Assembly: GCA_963768425.1 (NCBI GenBank)
Contig: CAVYHV010000013.1
Coordinates: 1 to 64,000, forward strand
DNA length: 64,000 bases
Reading direction: 5' to 3'
Source: Candidatus Bathyarchaeota archaeon
GTDB taxonomy: Archaea; Thermoproteota; Bathyarchaeia; Bathyarchaeales; Bathycorpusculaceae
The position numbers and the translations under genes were made by a program. This document shows positions 54,777 to 64,000 of the stretch, in pieces; positions within the stretch are counted from its first letter, which is position 1; every line of letters begins with the position of its first letter. The notes under the pieces were generated by a model. The model did not search any database, was not told the DNA's origin, and saw only the letters and a list, made by a program, of their open reading frames with translations.

Positions 54777-55294
54777 GTTCAAGAGCCAGAGAAGAAATTT
54801 ACACTTGCGTTGGCATCTTGCTATTCATTTTTGCCATTGCATTATATGTGGTTTGGGTCTATTACGGATTCTTACCCTTTGCACTCGGCGCCTTCGTCAT
54901 CTTAATATTCGCAGTCTATGCAGTTTACAGCTCCCGGAAACAAAAAAAGAATAAGCCTCAAACAACAAGCCAACCGAATTTCAGCGCTATGAATAACGCC
55001 TCTCCCGAGCAACGCGAGAAAATGATGGAGCTGGCTGGCTTCACAAAATACACCGGCGAAGACGACACTACCCACTGGAACCCTCCTTCTGGAGCTATCC
55101 CAGAGTGGGCTAAAGCCGAGAAAATCGATGTTGTAATGAAAGATGGATCCTTGGAAATTGAGGTGGAAAAGCAAAGCCCTAAAATCCGGTGTTCTTACTG
55201 CGGCACAGTGTATGATGAAAAGCTGGATAGGTGCCCAAACTGTGGGGCAACACGTCAGGGTAACGAAGAGCAAGTGAAAGAATCAACGCTTTAA
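54773..55294 (+). CDS. Membrane protein with C-terminal zinc ribbon
   Basis: Two TM segments; CSYCG..CPNCGA. Confidence 0.75.
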   Translation: MSSRAREEIYTCVGILLFIFAIALYVVWVYYGFLPFALGAFVILIFAVYAVYSSRKQKKNKPQTTSQPNFSAMNNASPEQREKMMELAGFTKYTGEDDTTHWNPPSGAIPEWAKAEKIDVVMKDGSLEIEVEKQSPKIRCSYCGTVYDEKLDRCPNCGATRQGNEEQVKESTL

Positions 55295-55404
55295 ACTTGT
55301 ACTGGGCATCGGAAACAAAAGTAAACGTAGATATCTGCAAGATGGTGGAAAATCAAAGGGTTTTTCTATCTTTCCTCATTTGATATTCCCTCGAGGTAAA
55401 ACGT

Positions 55405-55761
55405 TTGAGTAAAACAAATGTTGAGAAGATTTCCACTTATCCTGACGTTATTACTAGTCTACCCGAAGCGAAGGTCGCATGTGAAGGCGGCAAAGCCTGG
55501 ATTTTGCAGGCGGAGTCAACCCAACTTGTCTTTTTCCAGTTTGAGAATGGTGCAGACATGCCCGCGCACAGCCACATCTATCCGCAGTGGGGAATGGTTA
55601 TCGACGGCGAAATGGAGTTGACCATTGACGACAAGCCGCAACGATTCAAGAAAGGCGACGAATATCTTGTTCCAGCCGGGAAGCCTCATTGTGCCAGATT
55701 CTTCAAAAACACAAGAGTGATGGATTACTTCTCTGAGAAAAACCGGTATGAACACAAATGA
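55405..55761 (+). CDS. Cupin domain protein
   Basis: PAHSH..QWG.VIDGEM..GDEY.VPAGKPH. Confidence 0.88.
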   Translation: MSKTNVEKISTYPDVITSLPEAKVACEGGKAWILQAESTQLVFFQFENGADMPAHSHIYPQWGMVIDGEMELTIDDKPQRFKKGDEYLVPAGKPHCARFFKNTRVMDYFSEKNRYEHK

Positions 55762-55937
55762 TCGTTCGAGGAAAAATCCCAAAATTCAAAGCTAACGTTT
55801 CACGCATTGTTCTGTCGCAATGTCAAAATGATGGGTTTTGCTATAATCGCAGTTTTTACAATCGTCCTTTATGTCTTGACCAAACGGACAACCTTTCAAA
55901 TCAGCCATACCTTTTCAACCTCTAAGCTTGAAACTTT

Positions 55938-56013
55938 TGGTAGCCCGGGAGAGACTCGAACTCTCGTCAAGGGCTCCAGAGGCCCCTATGCTTGACCGCT
56001 ACACCACCGGGCT
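55938..56013 (-). tRNA. tRNA-Gln(CTG)
   Basis: AGCCCGG-TGGTGTAGCGGTCAAGCA-TAGGGGC CT CTG GA GCCCT-TGAC-GAGAG TTCGAGT CTCTC-CCGGGCT-A-CCA; full cloverleaf, 76 nt. Confidence 0.96.
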
Positions 56014-56049
56014 TCGAGCAGAACACAAACAAGTTAAGAATATTTAACT

Positions 56050-56273
56050 TTAATGTTGCTTTGAATCACCGTTGTTCTTGGCCTTCGTCGCTTCCCGAAC
56101 ACAGTAGCATTCTTGGCTAACCCTATTGTAGCTTTCGCAATGCCAAAGCGTGTCAACTATTGCGCTTTTGTTTTGGGCGTAACGGGTTGAACAGAAAACT
56201 TTGGCGGGGTAATCGTAGCTGTTGTGGCTGTCGCAGTTGCCGCAGTACTTGTTTTCATCTTGGTCGTCAACCA
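56050..56273 (-). CDS. Small Cys-rich protein
   Basis: YCGNCDSH..FC..WHC..CYC, directly downstream of dhs. Confidence 0.6.
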
Positions 56274-56278
56274 TGTTT

Positions 56279-57301
56279 TTAGCTTCCTTTCTCAGATGGT
56301 TGTTCAAACTGGAATAATGGTTTGCGTTTGAAGTTTTCGCCTAAACGTTCAGTTGCTGAGGCAACGAGGAATGGAAAAATCATTAATGCTTCGCCGATGA
56401 CCATAACGTGATCTGCTTCTCCTTTCATTTTTCCCCAACTTACAGTTTCCTCCAACGTTGAACCAGACAAGCCGCCTGTTTCAGGTCTATCCAACGTGAT
56501 AACTATGCCGTAATCTAAGCCTTTTTTAGACGCAACAGCCGAAGATTGTATCGTATTGCGTGGGACTCCGCCGCCGATAACTATCATGCCGTTTTTAGGT
56601 GATTTGCTGCAGATTCCGCAGATTGTCGGCACATCCTTAAAAGCGTCTAACAGTAAAACGGGCTTGGACTTTTCCTGTGCGGCGTGGAGCCAATGAATAA
56701 ATCCAAATTCTGAGTCTCGCACTGATGGCAAGAAGATTGGTACATTTTCTTCGTATGCTGCTCGAAGGATTGAGTTTTTGTCGGTCAGACGTTTGCCTAT
56801 TTCCCAGGTGAACTCGTTTGATGCTAAGCTTTCGCCTTTGCGTTCGCGGGCGATGTCGTCGTAGATTTCGGACATTTTGACGTCTAATCGAACGTAGTCT
56901 TCTTCAGGAACAAGAATGTCGTAGATACGGAAAAGGTGATACTTGTAGAGTTCAGCGTCGTTTGCCGCCCAACTTGCCTTGTAGTGGTGCCCGCCTACGG
57001 CTTCGATGGCGTCATGAACCATGCATGCCCCTGTGCTGACAACCACGTCGACAAGCCGTTTCCTTATCAAATCCGCTACAAGCGTACGCATTCCCGCCGG
57101 AACCACTGCGCCTGAAAGAGCCAAAAAGATGGTGCAGTCTTTGTCTCTGAGCATCTTCTCATAGATGTCGCATGCCGTTGACAATCTGCCCGCGCCGAGG
57201 GAGCCTGATTTCTTGAATTGCTGCATCAACTGGTCGACGGTTAGTGCCCCGTCTACTTTGATGTGCTCGACTGGATTTTGCAAGTAATCTTTCCTTTCCA
57301 T
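56279..57301 (-). CDS. Deoxyhypusine synthase family protein
   Basis: SGAVVPAG, STGACMVHD, DSEFG, IGGGVPRN, DRPETGGLSGSTLEETVSWGK. Confidence 0.9.
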   Translation of the reverse strand: MERKDYLQNPVEHIKVDGALTVDQLMQQFKKSGSLGAGRLSTACDIYEKMLRDKDCTIFLALSGAVVPAGMRTLVADLIRKRLVDVVVSTGACMVHDAIEAVGGHHYKASWAANDAELYKYHLFRIYDILVPEEDYVRLDVKMSEIYDDIARERKGESLASNEFTWEIGKRLTDKNSILRAAYEENVPIFLPSVRDSEFGFIHWLHAAQEKSKPVLLLDAFKDVPTICGICSKSPKNGMIVIGGGVPRNTIQSSAVASKKGLDYGIVITLDRPETGGLSGSTLEETVSWGKMKGEADHVMVIGEALMIFPFLVASATERLGENFKRKPLFQFEQPSEKGS

Positions 57302-57701
57302 CCAAGTGCGCCTAGATTGTATGTTACTTATGGATATGGAAAAACCTTTTCATATTTAAAGTTGAATCAAATGGGGAATAATGAGTTGCTTGAAAGTTAG
57401 ACGTTTTATCCAACTGTATTTCTAAGGTGAGTTTTTTGGTTGGCTTTCGTTCTATTCGTTTAGGTTAGGTGGCTAGTATTCAAAACCTGTGATAGGCAAA
57501 AAAATGTACTATTCAAACAATTATAAGGCAAGTTTTACCCTAGGAAAAGATGTGAAGCTAAGGTAGTCCAAGAAAAAAACTCAAGCAAAAGAAGCTTGAA
57601 AAGGAAGCATCCGGTTGGGCGCAATATGGTCTGTGGTTTATCGCTTTATAAGGAAGGTTGCGTAGTAAAGTGCAGTTACAATGATTAAATGGTGATGGAA
57701 A

Positions 57702-57989
57702 ATGTCGGAAAAATCTAAAATTGTTTTCGTTGGAAATAAGATGCCTATGGACTATGTTCTCGCGATTATTACAGGGCTATCGGCGAGCGATGGTAAAGAG
57801 ATAACTTTGAAGGCTAGAGGACAAGCAATAACTACAGCTGTTGATGCGGCAGAAATAACGAGAAATCGATTCATAAAAGACCTGAAAGTACGCAAAATCT
57901 TGATTGGAACAGAGGAGATGCCGCCGAGAGAGGGCGAAACTCGAGCACGTATGGTTTCAACAATTGAAATAATGCTTGCAAAAGATTAA
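57702..57989 (+). CDS. albA: DNA/RNA-binding protein Alba
   Basis: VFVGNKMPMDYVLA, LKARGQAITTAVD.AE, VSTIEI. Confidence 0.93.
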   Translation: MSEKSKIVFVGNKMPMDYVLAIITGLSASDGKEITLKARGQAITTAVDAAEITRNRFIKDLKVRKILIGTEEMPPREGETRARMVSTIEIMLAKD

Positions 57990-58309
57990 GAAAAACCGTG
58001 AAACACGTGCTGTCGTGTTCCAATATTATACGTTGAGAACGTATAGCTCATAAGTGAGAGAAAGGGTATTGAAAGGTGCTAGGCAAGCATCTAAAATTTG
58101 CCGCTGCAGAGCCTTTCTTAAACTTCTTTTAGTTTATTCTCAGAAACGTAATATTTACCGTTTACTTCAACGAAGACTCCGTTTTTACAAAACAGCCTAT
58201 GCATCGCATCCTTAAACCTCGGAGGAAGACACAGAGAGTTATTTGAGCAAATTTATTTAGGGTATTCAAACAATTCAGAAACTCGCAAGAAAGGTCCGCA
58301 GGGTTCAGT

Positions 58310-60139
58310 TTGAGAATGGCTAAAATCAAGAAGGCTTCAATTTTTCTTATGATAGTTCTGCTTTGTTCACCCTTGGCCCTCAGTTTGCAGGGGCACGCGC
58401 AAACGGAGCCAACGCTTGCAGGAACAATCAACAATGTTCTAAGCAACGTTAACCTCGAAAATGTTAGTCCAGAGTGGGGTACAATTTATTCTCAAATATT
58501 CGGTCTTTCTAATCAAAGTATTTTTGATACGCTCATTCAAGAAGCAGTCAACCAAAGCGATTGGCAAGATGCAGTTTGGGTCGCAAGGCTCGCGGAGCTA
58601 AATGGTTACAATTCACAAATATTGACTAACTGCTTGATCGCTGCATTGGAAAACATGCCGATGTGCGGAAGCTTACCTGTTACATGTTACACTGCAAATC
58701 AAACCGTAACAGCTTATCCGCCGGAAGAGTTTTGCGTGTACGACAGATACATGGTCAACGCTTATCGTTATGCTCAAGAACTTGGTGTTCCAGGGTGGAA
58801 CATTACTCAGGCATTCATAGATTTTGCCAAAGCATATATGTCTGCACTAAAAGGCTCGCGCAGCCTATATGGAGAAATGCTTTGGATAAATCCCGCATTG
58901 AACTTTTCAGCTTCTTACTCAGGTCGATATTATGATGAATACGCAGAAACTTTGGACATGTTTCTAGAATTTGCCACAAATAGTGTTAGCGGCAATATTA
59001 CAGTAAACGGGTTATCGTTAAACGCGACGTCCTTTATGGACAACATGTGGATTGCCGTGCAAAATCTCTGGAACGGCGAGTTCTATGACTATAACAACGA
59101 GGGAATTGGGATATCTCCATCAAGCAACACCATTGAGTGTGAAATGGGCAATTTCGCCCAGGTAATAGAAGAGTACCAGAATTACCGTGGGCTTCTGCCT
59201 TATTTCAGCAACGTGATAAACGACTTGGAGTACACTTGTTTAGCTTCGGGCTGGAACTCACCGATCTGGGCTTCAACTGGAGCAATAAAACATTCTACGG
59301 GCAACTTACAAGTGCGTTTACCTGAAACACTTGCAGCTTTAATAGCAATTCAGATGCTTTATCCCGATTTCAACGCAACAATACAAAACAACTTTCAATC
59401 AATGCTTCAAACCGGTTGGCAAGGACTAACCAACAGCACTTTATACAGCAACAATCAATTCCAATTCGACGCAGACAGCTCTACAACAACCTCGCCAGAA
59501 GCTTACTCAGACGATGCTTCATTGCTAGGCGCCATGACTCTGTTCTTAGACGGAATCATCCCTCAAACCGGAAGCTTAGCAATGACAGCAAGCAACGAAC
59601 GATACGAAGATTACCAAACATGCTTTCCAATCAGTCAATGGCAATTTGACTATCAAAACCAATCAATACGAATACCCGTTCTGGCAGGAACTTTATCATT
59701 CACCTTCGGTTCCCAACCTATTAGCCAGCAATTCCCCACAAACGGAGTTTACGAAATACAGTTTTCACCTGACTGGAACAGCATTGCTTCAGTAACAAGA
59801 GTCGCAGACTTAACAATGCCCCAGCTAAAGCCTGCAACCTTACAAACACAAATCCTGCCAACCCCAACCCCAACATCAACTCCGACCCCAACGCCTCAGC
59901 CAACCGCAACCATCTCCACTACGCCAACCTTGACCAACCCACCAACGAAGGTTTTCTGCGTTTTCCCACAATATAATATTTTTCGCCGTCGGGCTTACCC
60001 CAACGTTACTTGTCTTCTTAGCGGTTACGTTTTACATCAAAAAGAAAAAAATAGATCGCAACACCGAGAAAGTTTAAACGTGTTTAAACAATTCATAGGA
60101 AAGTCTTATCTACAAAACCTCACCTTTGCAGAAGGATAA
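58310..60139 (+). CDS. Large secreted protein with PT linker; C-terminal anchor frameshifted
   Basis: Signal peptide, helical/aromatic domain (RYYDE, ECEMGNF), PTPTPT linker. Confidence 0.7.
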   Translation: MRMAKIKKASIFLMIVLLCSPLALSLQGHAQTEPTLAGTINNVLSNVNLENVSPEWGTIYSQIFGLSNQSIFDTLIQEAVNQSDWQDAVWVARLAELNGYNSQILTNCLIAALENMPMCGSLPVTCYTANQTVTAYPPEEFCVYDRYMVNAYRYAQELGVPGWNITQAFIDFAKAYMSALKGSRSLYGEMLWINPALNFSASYSGRYYDEYAETLDMFLEFATNSVSGNITVNGLSLNATSFMDNMWIAVQNLWNGEFYDYNNEGIGISPSSNTIECEMGNFAQVIEEYQNYRGLLPYFSNVINDLEYTCLASGWNSPIWASTGAIKHSTGNLQVRLPETLAALIAIQMLYPDFNATIQNNFQSMLQTGWQGLTNSTLYSNNQFQFDADSSTTTSPEAYSDDASLLGAMTLFLDGIIPQTGSLAMTASNERYEDYQTCFPISQWQFDYQNQSIRIPVLAGTLSFTFGSQPISQQFPTNGVYEIQFSPDWNSIASVTRVADLTMPQLKPATLQTQILPTPTPTSTPTPTPQPTATISTTPTLTNPPTKVFCVFPQYNIFRRRAYPNVTCLLSGYVLHQKEKNRSQHRESLNVFKQFIGKSYLQNLTFAEG

Positions 60140-60158
60140 ACCTGAAAAACGGAGTCCA

Positions 60159-60934
60159 TGTTGATGCCTACAGTTAAGAGCATTTGACGTTGCAATAATC
60201 GGTTTATGCGCGGCCCTATACGCCGTTGTCGGACGCTTAACGGCTGGAGTGACATTTCTCGGCGTCGGATTTTTGCCTGCGTGTTGCTATTCCAGCAATT
60301 TTTGCGGTTATTATATGGCCCATGGGTTGGCGGCATAGGCGGAGCGATCGGCATTTTCATTAGAGACATGCTGGTCCATGGGAATTCCACTTTTGAGCTT
60401 GTCAGCATGGGGTTCCACCCAACTTTATATTATTCTTCTTAATCGGCTACTTAGCGCACAGAAATTTGGACCTAAAGAAAGACTCTGATGGGCTTAATGA
60501 CGGATAGCCGCCATCGCGCTTGTTGTTCCCACAGTGATTTTTCTGCCGCAGATCGCATGATTACACCGGTTTGTCAAACCTTGAAGCTTATTCTCGTCTT
60601 TTCATTTACTTAGACTTAGTTTAGTAGCTATTGGTGTGGTTTCATTGCGATATTGGCAGGAATGGAGAAGTTTCGCCGTCGCTCTGTTGTGGCGCAAGCT
60701 GCAGGCGCTGCTTTACTTTCAGCCACGGTATGGGCGGTTAGCCCGCTTTTCCTTTCGTACTTTGGAAAACCATTCCCTATTTCTTGGGTTCTTCCATTGT
60801 TCGTTTGGACTTTCGCAACCGAAATACCGTTTATTTTGCTTGTCGGACCGCCAGTAATCAAAGCATGCTACAAGGCTTTTCCCAGCCTCGCCCAAAGACA
60901 AAGGAGTAGCCAAGAAGGGAAAAAAATCGCTTAA
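60159..60934 (+). CDS. ECF transporter S-component (possibly for pantothenate or a precursor), heavily frameshifted
   Basis: AALYAV, YGPWVGGIGGAIGIFIRD, ATEIPFILLVGPP; upstream of CoA genes. Confidence 0.65.
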
Positions 60935-61872
60935 AGGCAAAGCCAAAACTGCAAGGGCATTTCGCTCCAGCGGCGATCTCGAGCTTTTTTGAAATCCACG
61001 ACACCGAAGCCGACAAGCCTATCGTTGATTTGGAAAAAGTGGGTGCGAGAGGTGGAGGATTTGGGCTTCAGAAAGGAGTACTAACCAAAGTCACTGTCAA
61101 AGAGGCAAAGAGATCCAGAGTCAAAGTTTTCATAAATTCAAAGCCAGCTGAAGAAGCAAAAACAACGAAGAAAATGGTTGAGAAACTTCTGTGCGGGGTT
61201 AATGAAAAATACGAGGTTACTGTTGAGCATAAAATTGAGGTTCCCATCGGGTCAGGCTTCGGCACAAGCGCTGGCGGCGCATTAACTGCAGGATTAGCCC
61301 TCAAAGAAGCGTTGGATTTGCCCTTAACCTACAACCAAATCGGCAAGATGGCTCATATTGCAGAGATTGAGTGCGGAACAGGTTTGGGAACAGTTAGCTC
61401 ATTAACATTTACCGGCGGCTGCGTACTAGTCGTTGAACCTGGAGCCCCCGGCATATGCCAACTTGACCGTATCCCAATAACCCCAGACTACATGGTCGTA
61501 GCTGGCTTTTTCGAATCACATATGCCTAAATCCGTGTTAGGGAACCCCGAAAGAAAGAAAGTAATCAACCGTTTTGGCAAAGAAACCTTGGAAGCAATCC
61601 TTGGTAATCCAACTTTAACCAATTTTCTCGACAAATGCTGGGAGTTTTCCGAGAACGCGGGTTTTGCAACCCCAAATGTTCGACGACTAATCAAGATCGC
61701 CAAGAAAGCGGGTGCGGTTGGTGCGTCGCAAAACATGCTTGGCGAAGCTGTGCATGCTTTAGTGCTTGAAGAAAACGCTCAAGCGGTAGTAGAAGCTTTT
61801 AAGGAGGTTTTACCCTCTGAAAAAGTGTTATTGAGCAAAATCGATTTCCAAGGCGCTAGGCTGATAGAATGA
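60931..61872 (+). CDS. Pantoate kinase (GHMP family); N-terminus frameshifted, start approximate
   Basis: AFAPAAISSFFEI upstream, PIGSGFGTSAGG, AHIAEIECGTGLG, SQNMLGE. Confidence 0.88.
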   Translation, partial: LKAKPKLQGHFAPAAISSFFEIHDTEADKPIVDLEKVGARGGGFGLQKGVLTKVTVKEAKRSRVKVFINSKPAEEAKTTKKMVEKLLCGVNEKYEVTVEHKIEVPIGSGFGTSAGGALTAGLALKEALDLPLTYNQIGKMAHIAEIECGTGLGTVSSLTFTGGCVLVVEPGAPGICQLDRIPITPDYMVVAGFFESHMPKSVLGNPERKKVINRFGKETLEAILGNPTLTNFLDKCWEFSENAGFATPNVRRLIKIAKKAGAVGASQNMLGEAVHALVLEENAQAVVEAFKEVLPSEKVLLSKIDFQGARLIE

Positions 61873-62363
61873 GACGATTCAAAAAAGTCGCAGTTGGTGG
61901 AACATTCGACGAATTGCATATGGGTCACAAATCGTTGTTAACCCGAGCTTTTGAAATTGGAGAAAAAGTAGTGATCGGTTTGTCTTCTGACAACTTTGTA
62001 ACTAAAATGGTTAAACCCCACGTAACTGCCTCATATGCAGAAAGATATGCGGAGCTTGAAGCTTTTTTGAAGAAATCAGGCTTAGCTGCCAGAGCGGAAA
62101 TTGTCCCGTTAGATGACCCTTACGGCTTAACTATATCGGGTAAAGGTTTGGAAGCCTTAGTTGTAAGCAAAGAAACTGAGTCTGCGGCTCGCAAAATCAA
62201 CAAGATACGCGTTAAGGTACCGCTTCAACCGTTAAAAATTGTCACCGTCAGTATGGTTCCCGCAGAAAACTGCGGCTCCATTTCAACAACACGGATCAGA
62301 AGCGGAGAAATAGACCGGAACGGACGCCTACTCGAAAGAACGCAAAAGACCGCGGCAAAATAA
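61869..62363 (+). CDS. coaD: Archaeal phosphopantetheine adenylyltransferase
   Basis: VGGTFDELHMGH, LVVSKET, IN..R, ISTTRIR.GEID. Confidence 0.92.
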   Translation: MRRFKKVAVGGTFDELHMGHKSLLTRAFEIGEKVVIGLSSDNFVTKMVKPHVTASYAERYAELEAFLKKSGLAARAEIVPLDDPYGLTISGKGLEALVVSKETESAARKINKIRVKVPLQPLKIVTVSMVPAENCGSISTTRIRSGEIDRNGRLLERTQKTAAK

Positions 62364-62393
62364 ACATATTGTTCAATTAGTTTTTTGGTTTTC

Positions 62394-63329
62394 CTATAGA
62401 ATTTCTCCAATAACGTTAACGGGTTTTCTGATCAGTGATGTTAAGTCTTCCAGTCTTTCTTTTTCGATAGAGGCTAACACCACAGTTGCTGGTCCAGCTG
62501 ATTTATTCAAATCCAAGGTTTTTGCCTCCGTCAGTTTCAGTTGTCTGCCTACAGCGTAGGCGATCATTCTGGCTTGGTCAGCAATTCCGAAGGTTCCAAC
62601 TGGTGCGATATCATGGACATATTTTTTCTGTGAAAGCTGTATTATGTTTTTGAGGTCTGCAATTTCGCCTTTCGCCTCGGCTGAAATCACTTCGTCGCCG
62701 ACCTTTGGCTTACCGATTGCAACTACCAAGTCGCCGGGAACTGTTTTTCCTAACCTTAACTCTTCTTCGTTTGCGAATCCGACAACGGTTAAGCCGGCGC
62801 CAGTTTGCACCGTTTCAAAGTTATCTTCAGTGTTTTCCATAAGCACCTGGTCTGGGTCGAGGCCAAGGGTTCTTGCTTCCTTCCGAATCCCATCTAAAAT
62901 GGCGTTTCCGGTCGGTTCTTTCTCAACGCCTAAGGTGACAGATAAAAGAATGGGAAACGCGCCAGTCGCAATAACGTCCATTAAGCTGACTCTTGCGAGA
63001 AATTTCCCCAATATTTGGCCGTCAACTTTGACTTTGTCTTCTATTTTAGGTCCGACTGCACCCGACGAAGTTGAACCCGCTACAATCGCGTGTCCTGTGG
63101 GAACTTTAACGATTGAAACGTCTCCTCTTCGCGTATAATTTAGTTGGGCAGGCTTCACTTGAAAAACTATGGGACGTAGCATCGTGCCAACATTTTCTAC
63201 AAGATGTAAATAGACAGTTAACGCTTGGCGCATGACTTCGGAACGGGTCAAACCATGTTTGCTGGCTAGCCTATCGATGTCTGAAGCAACTTTTTCAGGC
63301 AAACGGACATTTATAACTTCCATCAACAA
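62394..63329 (-). CDS. Ribbon-helix-helix domain fused to an alpha-ribazole kinase (CblS)/AIR-synthase-like domain
   Basis: VINVRLP..IDRLA..TRSEVMRQAL; RGDVS..SSGAVGPK..D.V.V..ARVSL..GA.P, NTEDNF..QTG, G.PKVG.EV, KSAGPAT. Confidence 0.78.
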   Translation of the reverse strand: MLMEVINVRLPEKVASDIDRLASKHGLTRSEVMRQALTVYLHLVENVGTMLRPIVFQVKPAQLNYTRRGDVSIVKVPTGHAIVAGSTSSGAVGPKIEDKVKVDGQILGKFLARVSLMDVIATGAFPILLSVTLGVEKEPTGNAILDGIRKEARTLGLDPDQVLMENTEDNFETVQTGAGLTVVGFANEEELRLGKTVPGDLVVAIGKPKVGDEVISAEAKGEIADLKNIIQLSQKKYVHDIAPVGTFGIADQARMIAYAVGRQLKLTEAKTLDLNKSAGPATVVLASIEKERLEDLTSLIRKPVNVIGEIL

Positions 63330-63562
63330 TCAACCACTAACAGTGCTCTAATCGCCGTATCCTCTTAATCTTTGTTGTCCAATGCCGATTTTGATCCCGC
63401 CTGAGTATTGAAGCGGTTTTTTGTGTTTTGGGTGCTTAACTCTCTTAAAAAAGGCAAGGACGCCTGTTTTGTCACTTGAGAGAGCAGCAAACGAGTGACT
63501 AGCACAAGAGTTATATGCGTCATACAATAGAAAACATGGAGTAAAAAACATGGGGGATAAAT

Positions 63563-64000
63563 TTGAACAAGAAAATTCTAGCCTTAAGTCTCATTTTAGT
63601 TTTAACAGCAGTATACTTAACTTCGGTTTCAGTTTCCACAGTTAAAGCTCAAACAACCACCCAGCAAACGGGTCGGTGGATCACTGCGTACACTGTTAAG
63701 AACGCCAACAACGGAGCAACAATAATAGACACTGCCTCAAATCAAAATGGATACGTATTGGAAGGCGACGAGCTGTCTGTTACTGCAACCATCGACATCA
63801 GCCAAAGCAGTCCTTCCACCAGTCTGTCGTTGACGACAAGCCTCCAACACTCGGCGTTACAAGGTAACATGTACTGGCAGCTTGATTCAACAAACTATAA
63901 CTTAGGTAACTTTAACCCCAATTCTCGAACCATAACGTTCCCAGAGAACGAAGGCACCCTCCAGATTACCTGCTATGGATTGGTCCCAACAGGGTCAGTG
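63563..64000 (+). CDS. Secreted protein, truncated by the window end
   Basis: TTG start; signal peptide NKKILALSLILVLTAVYL..TVKAQ; open to the end. Confidence 0.65.
   Translation, partial: MNKKILALSLILVLTAVYLTSVSVSTVKAQTTTQQTGRWITAYTVKNANNGATIIDTASNQNGYVLEGDELSVTATIDISQSSPSTSLSLTTSLQHSALQGNMYWQLDSTNYNLGNFNPNSRTITFPENEGTLQITCYGLVPTGSV

Noticed and set aside
24918-55965. Simple attL/attR pair from integration at tRNA-Gln
   Set aside because: The fragment differs from the tRNA-Gln 3' end at many positions and no integrase is present
60611-60628. Seventh copy of the palindrome (TAGACTTAGTTTAGTAGC)
   Set aside because: Both arms are mismatched, it lies inside an error-rich coding region, and no TATA box sits at 18 bp
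1093-63138. Numerous antisense or overlapping ORFs in the ORF track
   Set aside because: They are shadows of well-supported genes on the opposite strand or in another frame, with no motifs of their own
63330-63550. Cobalamin riboswitch upstream of the RHH-CblS gene
   Set aside because: No B12-box or GCCACTG/GGGAAG core on either strand

Overview
Archaeal chromosomal window. The gene content (PolD small subunit, Alba, deoxyhypusine synthase, pantoate kinase, AOR, many NosD-type surface proteins) fits Bathyarchaeia; this assignment is inference. Many genes, including essential ones, are split by single-base frameshifts, which points to uncorrected long-read indel errors rather than pseudogenes. 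1-24 kb: housekeeping and metabolic genes, including an acn-icd-aclB-aclA (ATP-citrate lyase) operon. 24.9-55.9 kb: accessory region between a tRNA 3' fragment and tRNA-Gln(CTG), holding ABC exporters, a protease/inhibitor module, a SelO-like kinase-fold operon and many surface proteins. The most striking signal is at 38.4-47.0 kb: a cassette-like array of mostly unrelated secreted/membrane genes. Six of these genes are preceded by the palindrome TTGACT-N6-AGTCAA, 18 bp (once 17) from a TATA box, and several share a conserved 3' tail (KTANL plus GACCTTTTCCCA). An IS1182-family element has both ends exactly 5 bp from one of these palindromes, at the point where the array flips orientation. 56-64 kb: core genes (dhs, alba, CoA biosynthesis, an RHH-CblS-like fusion).
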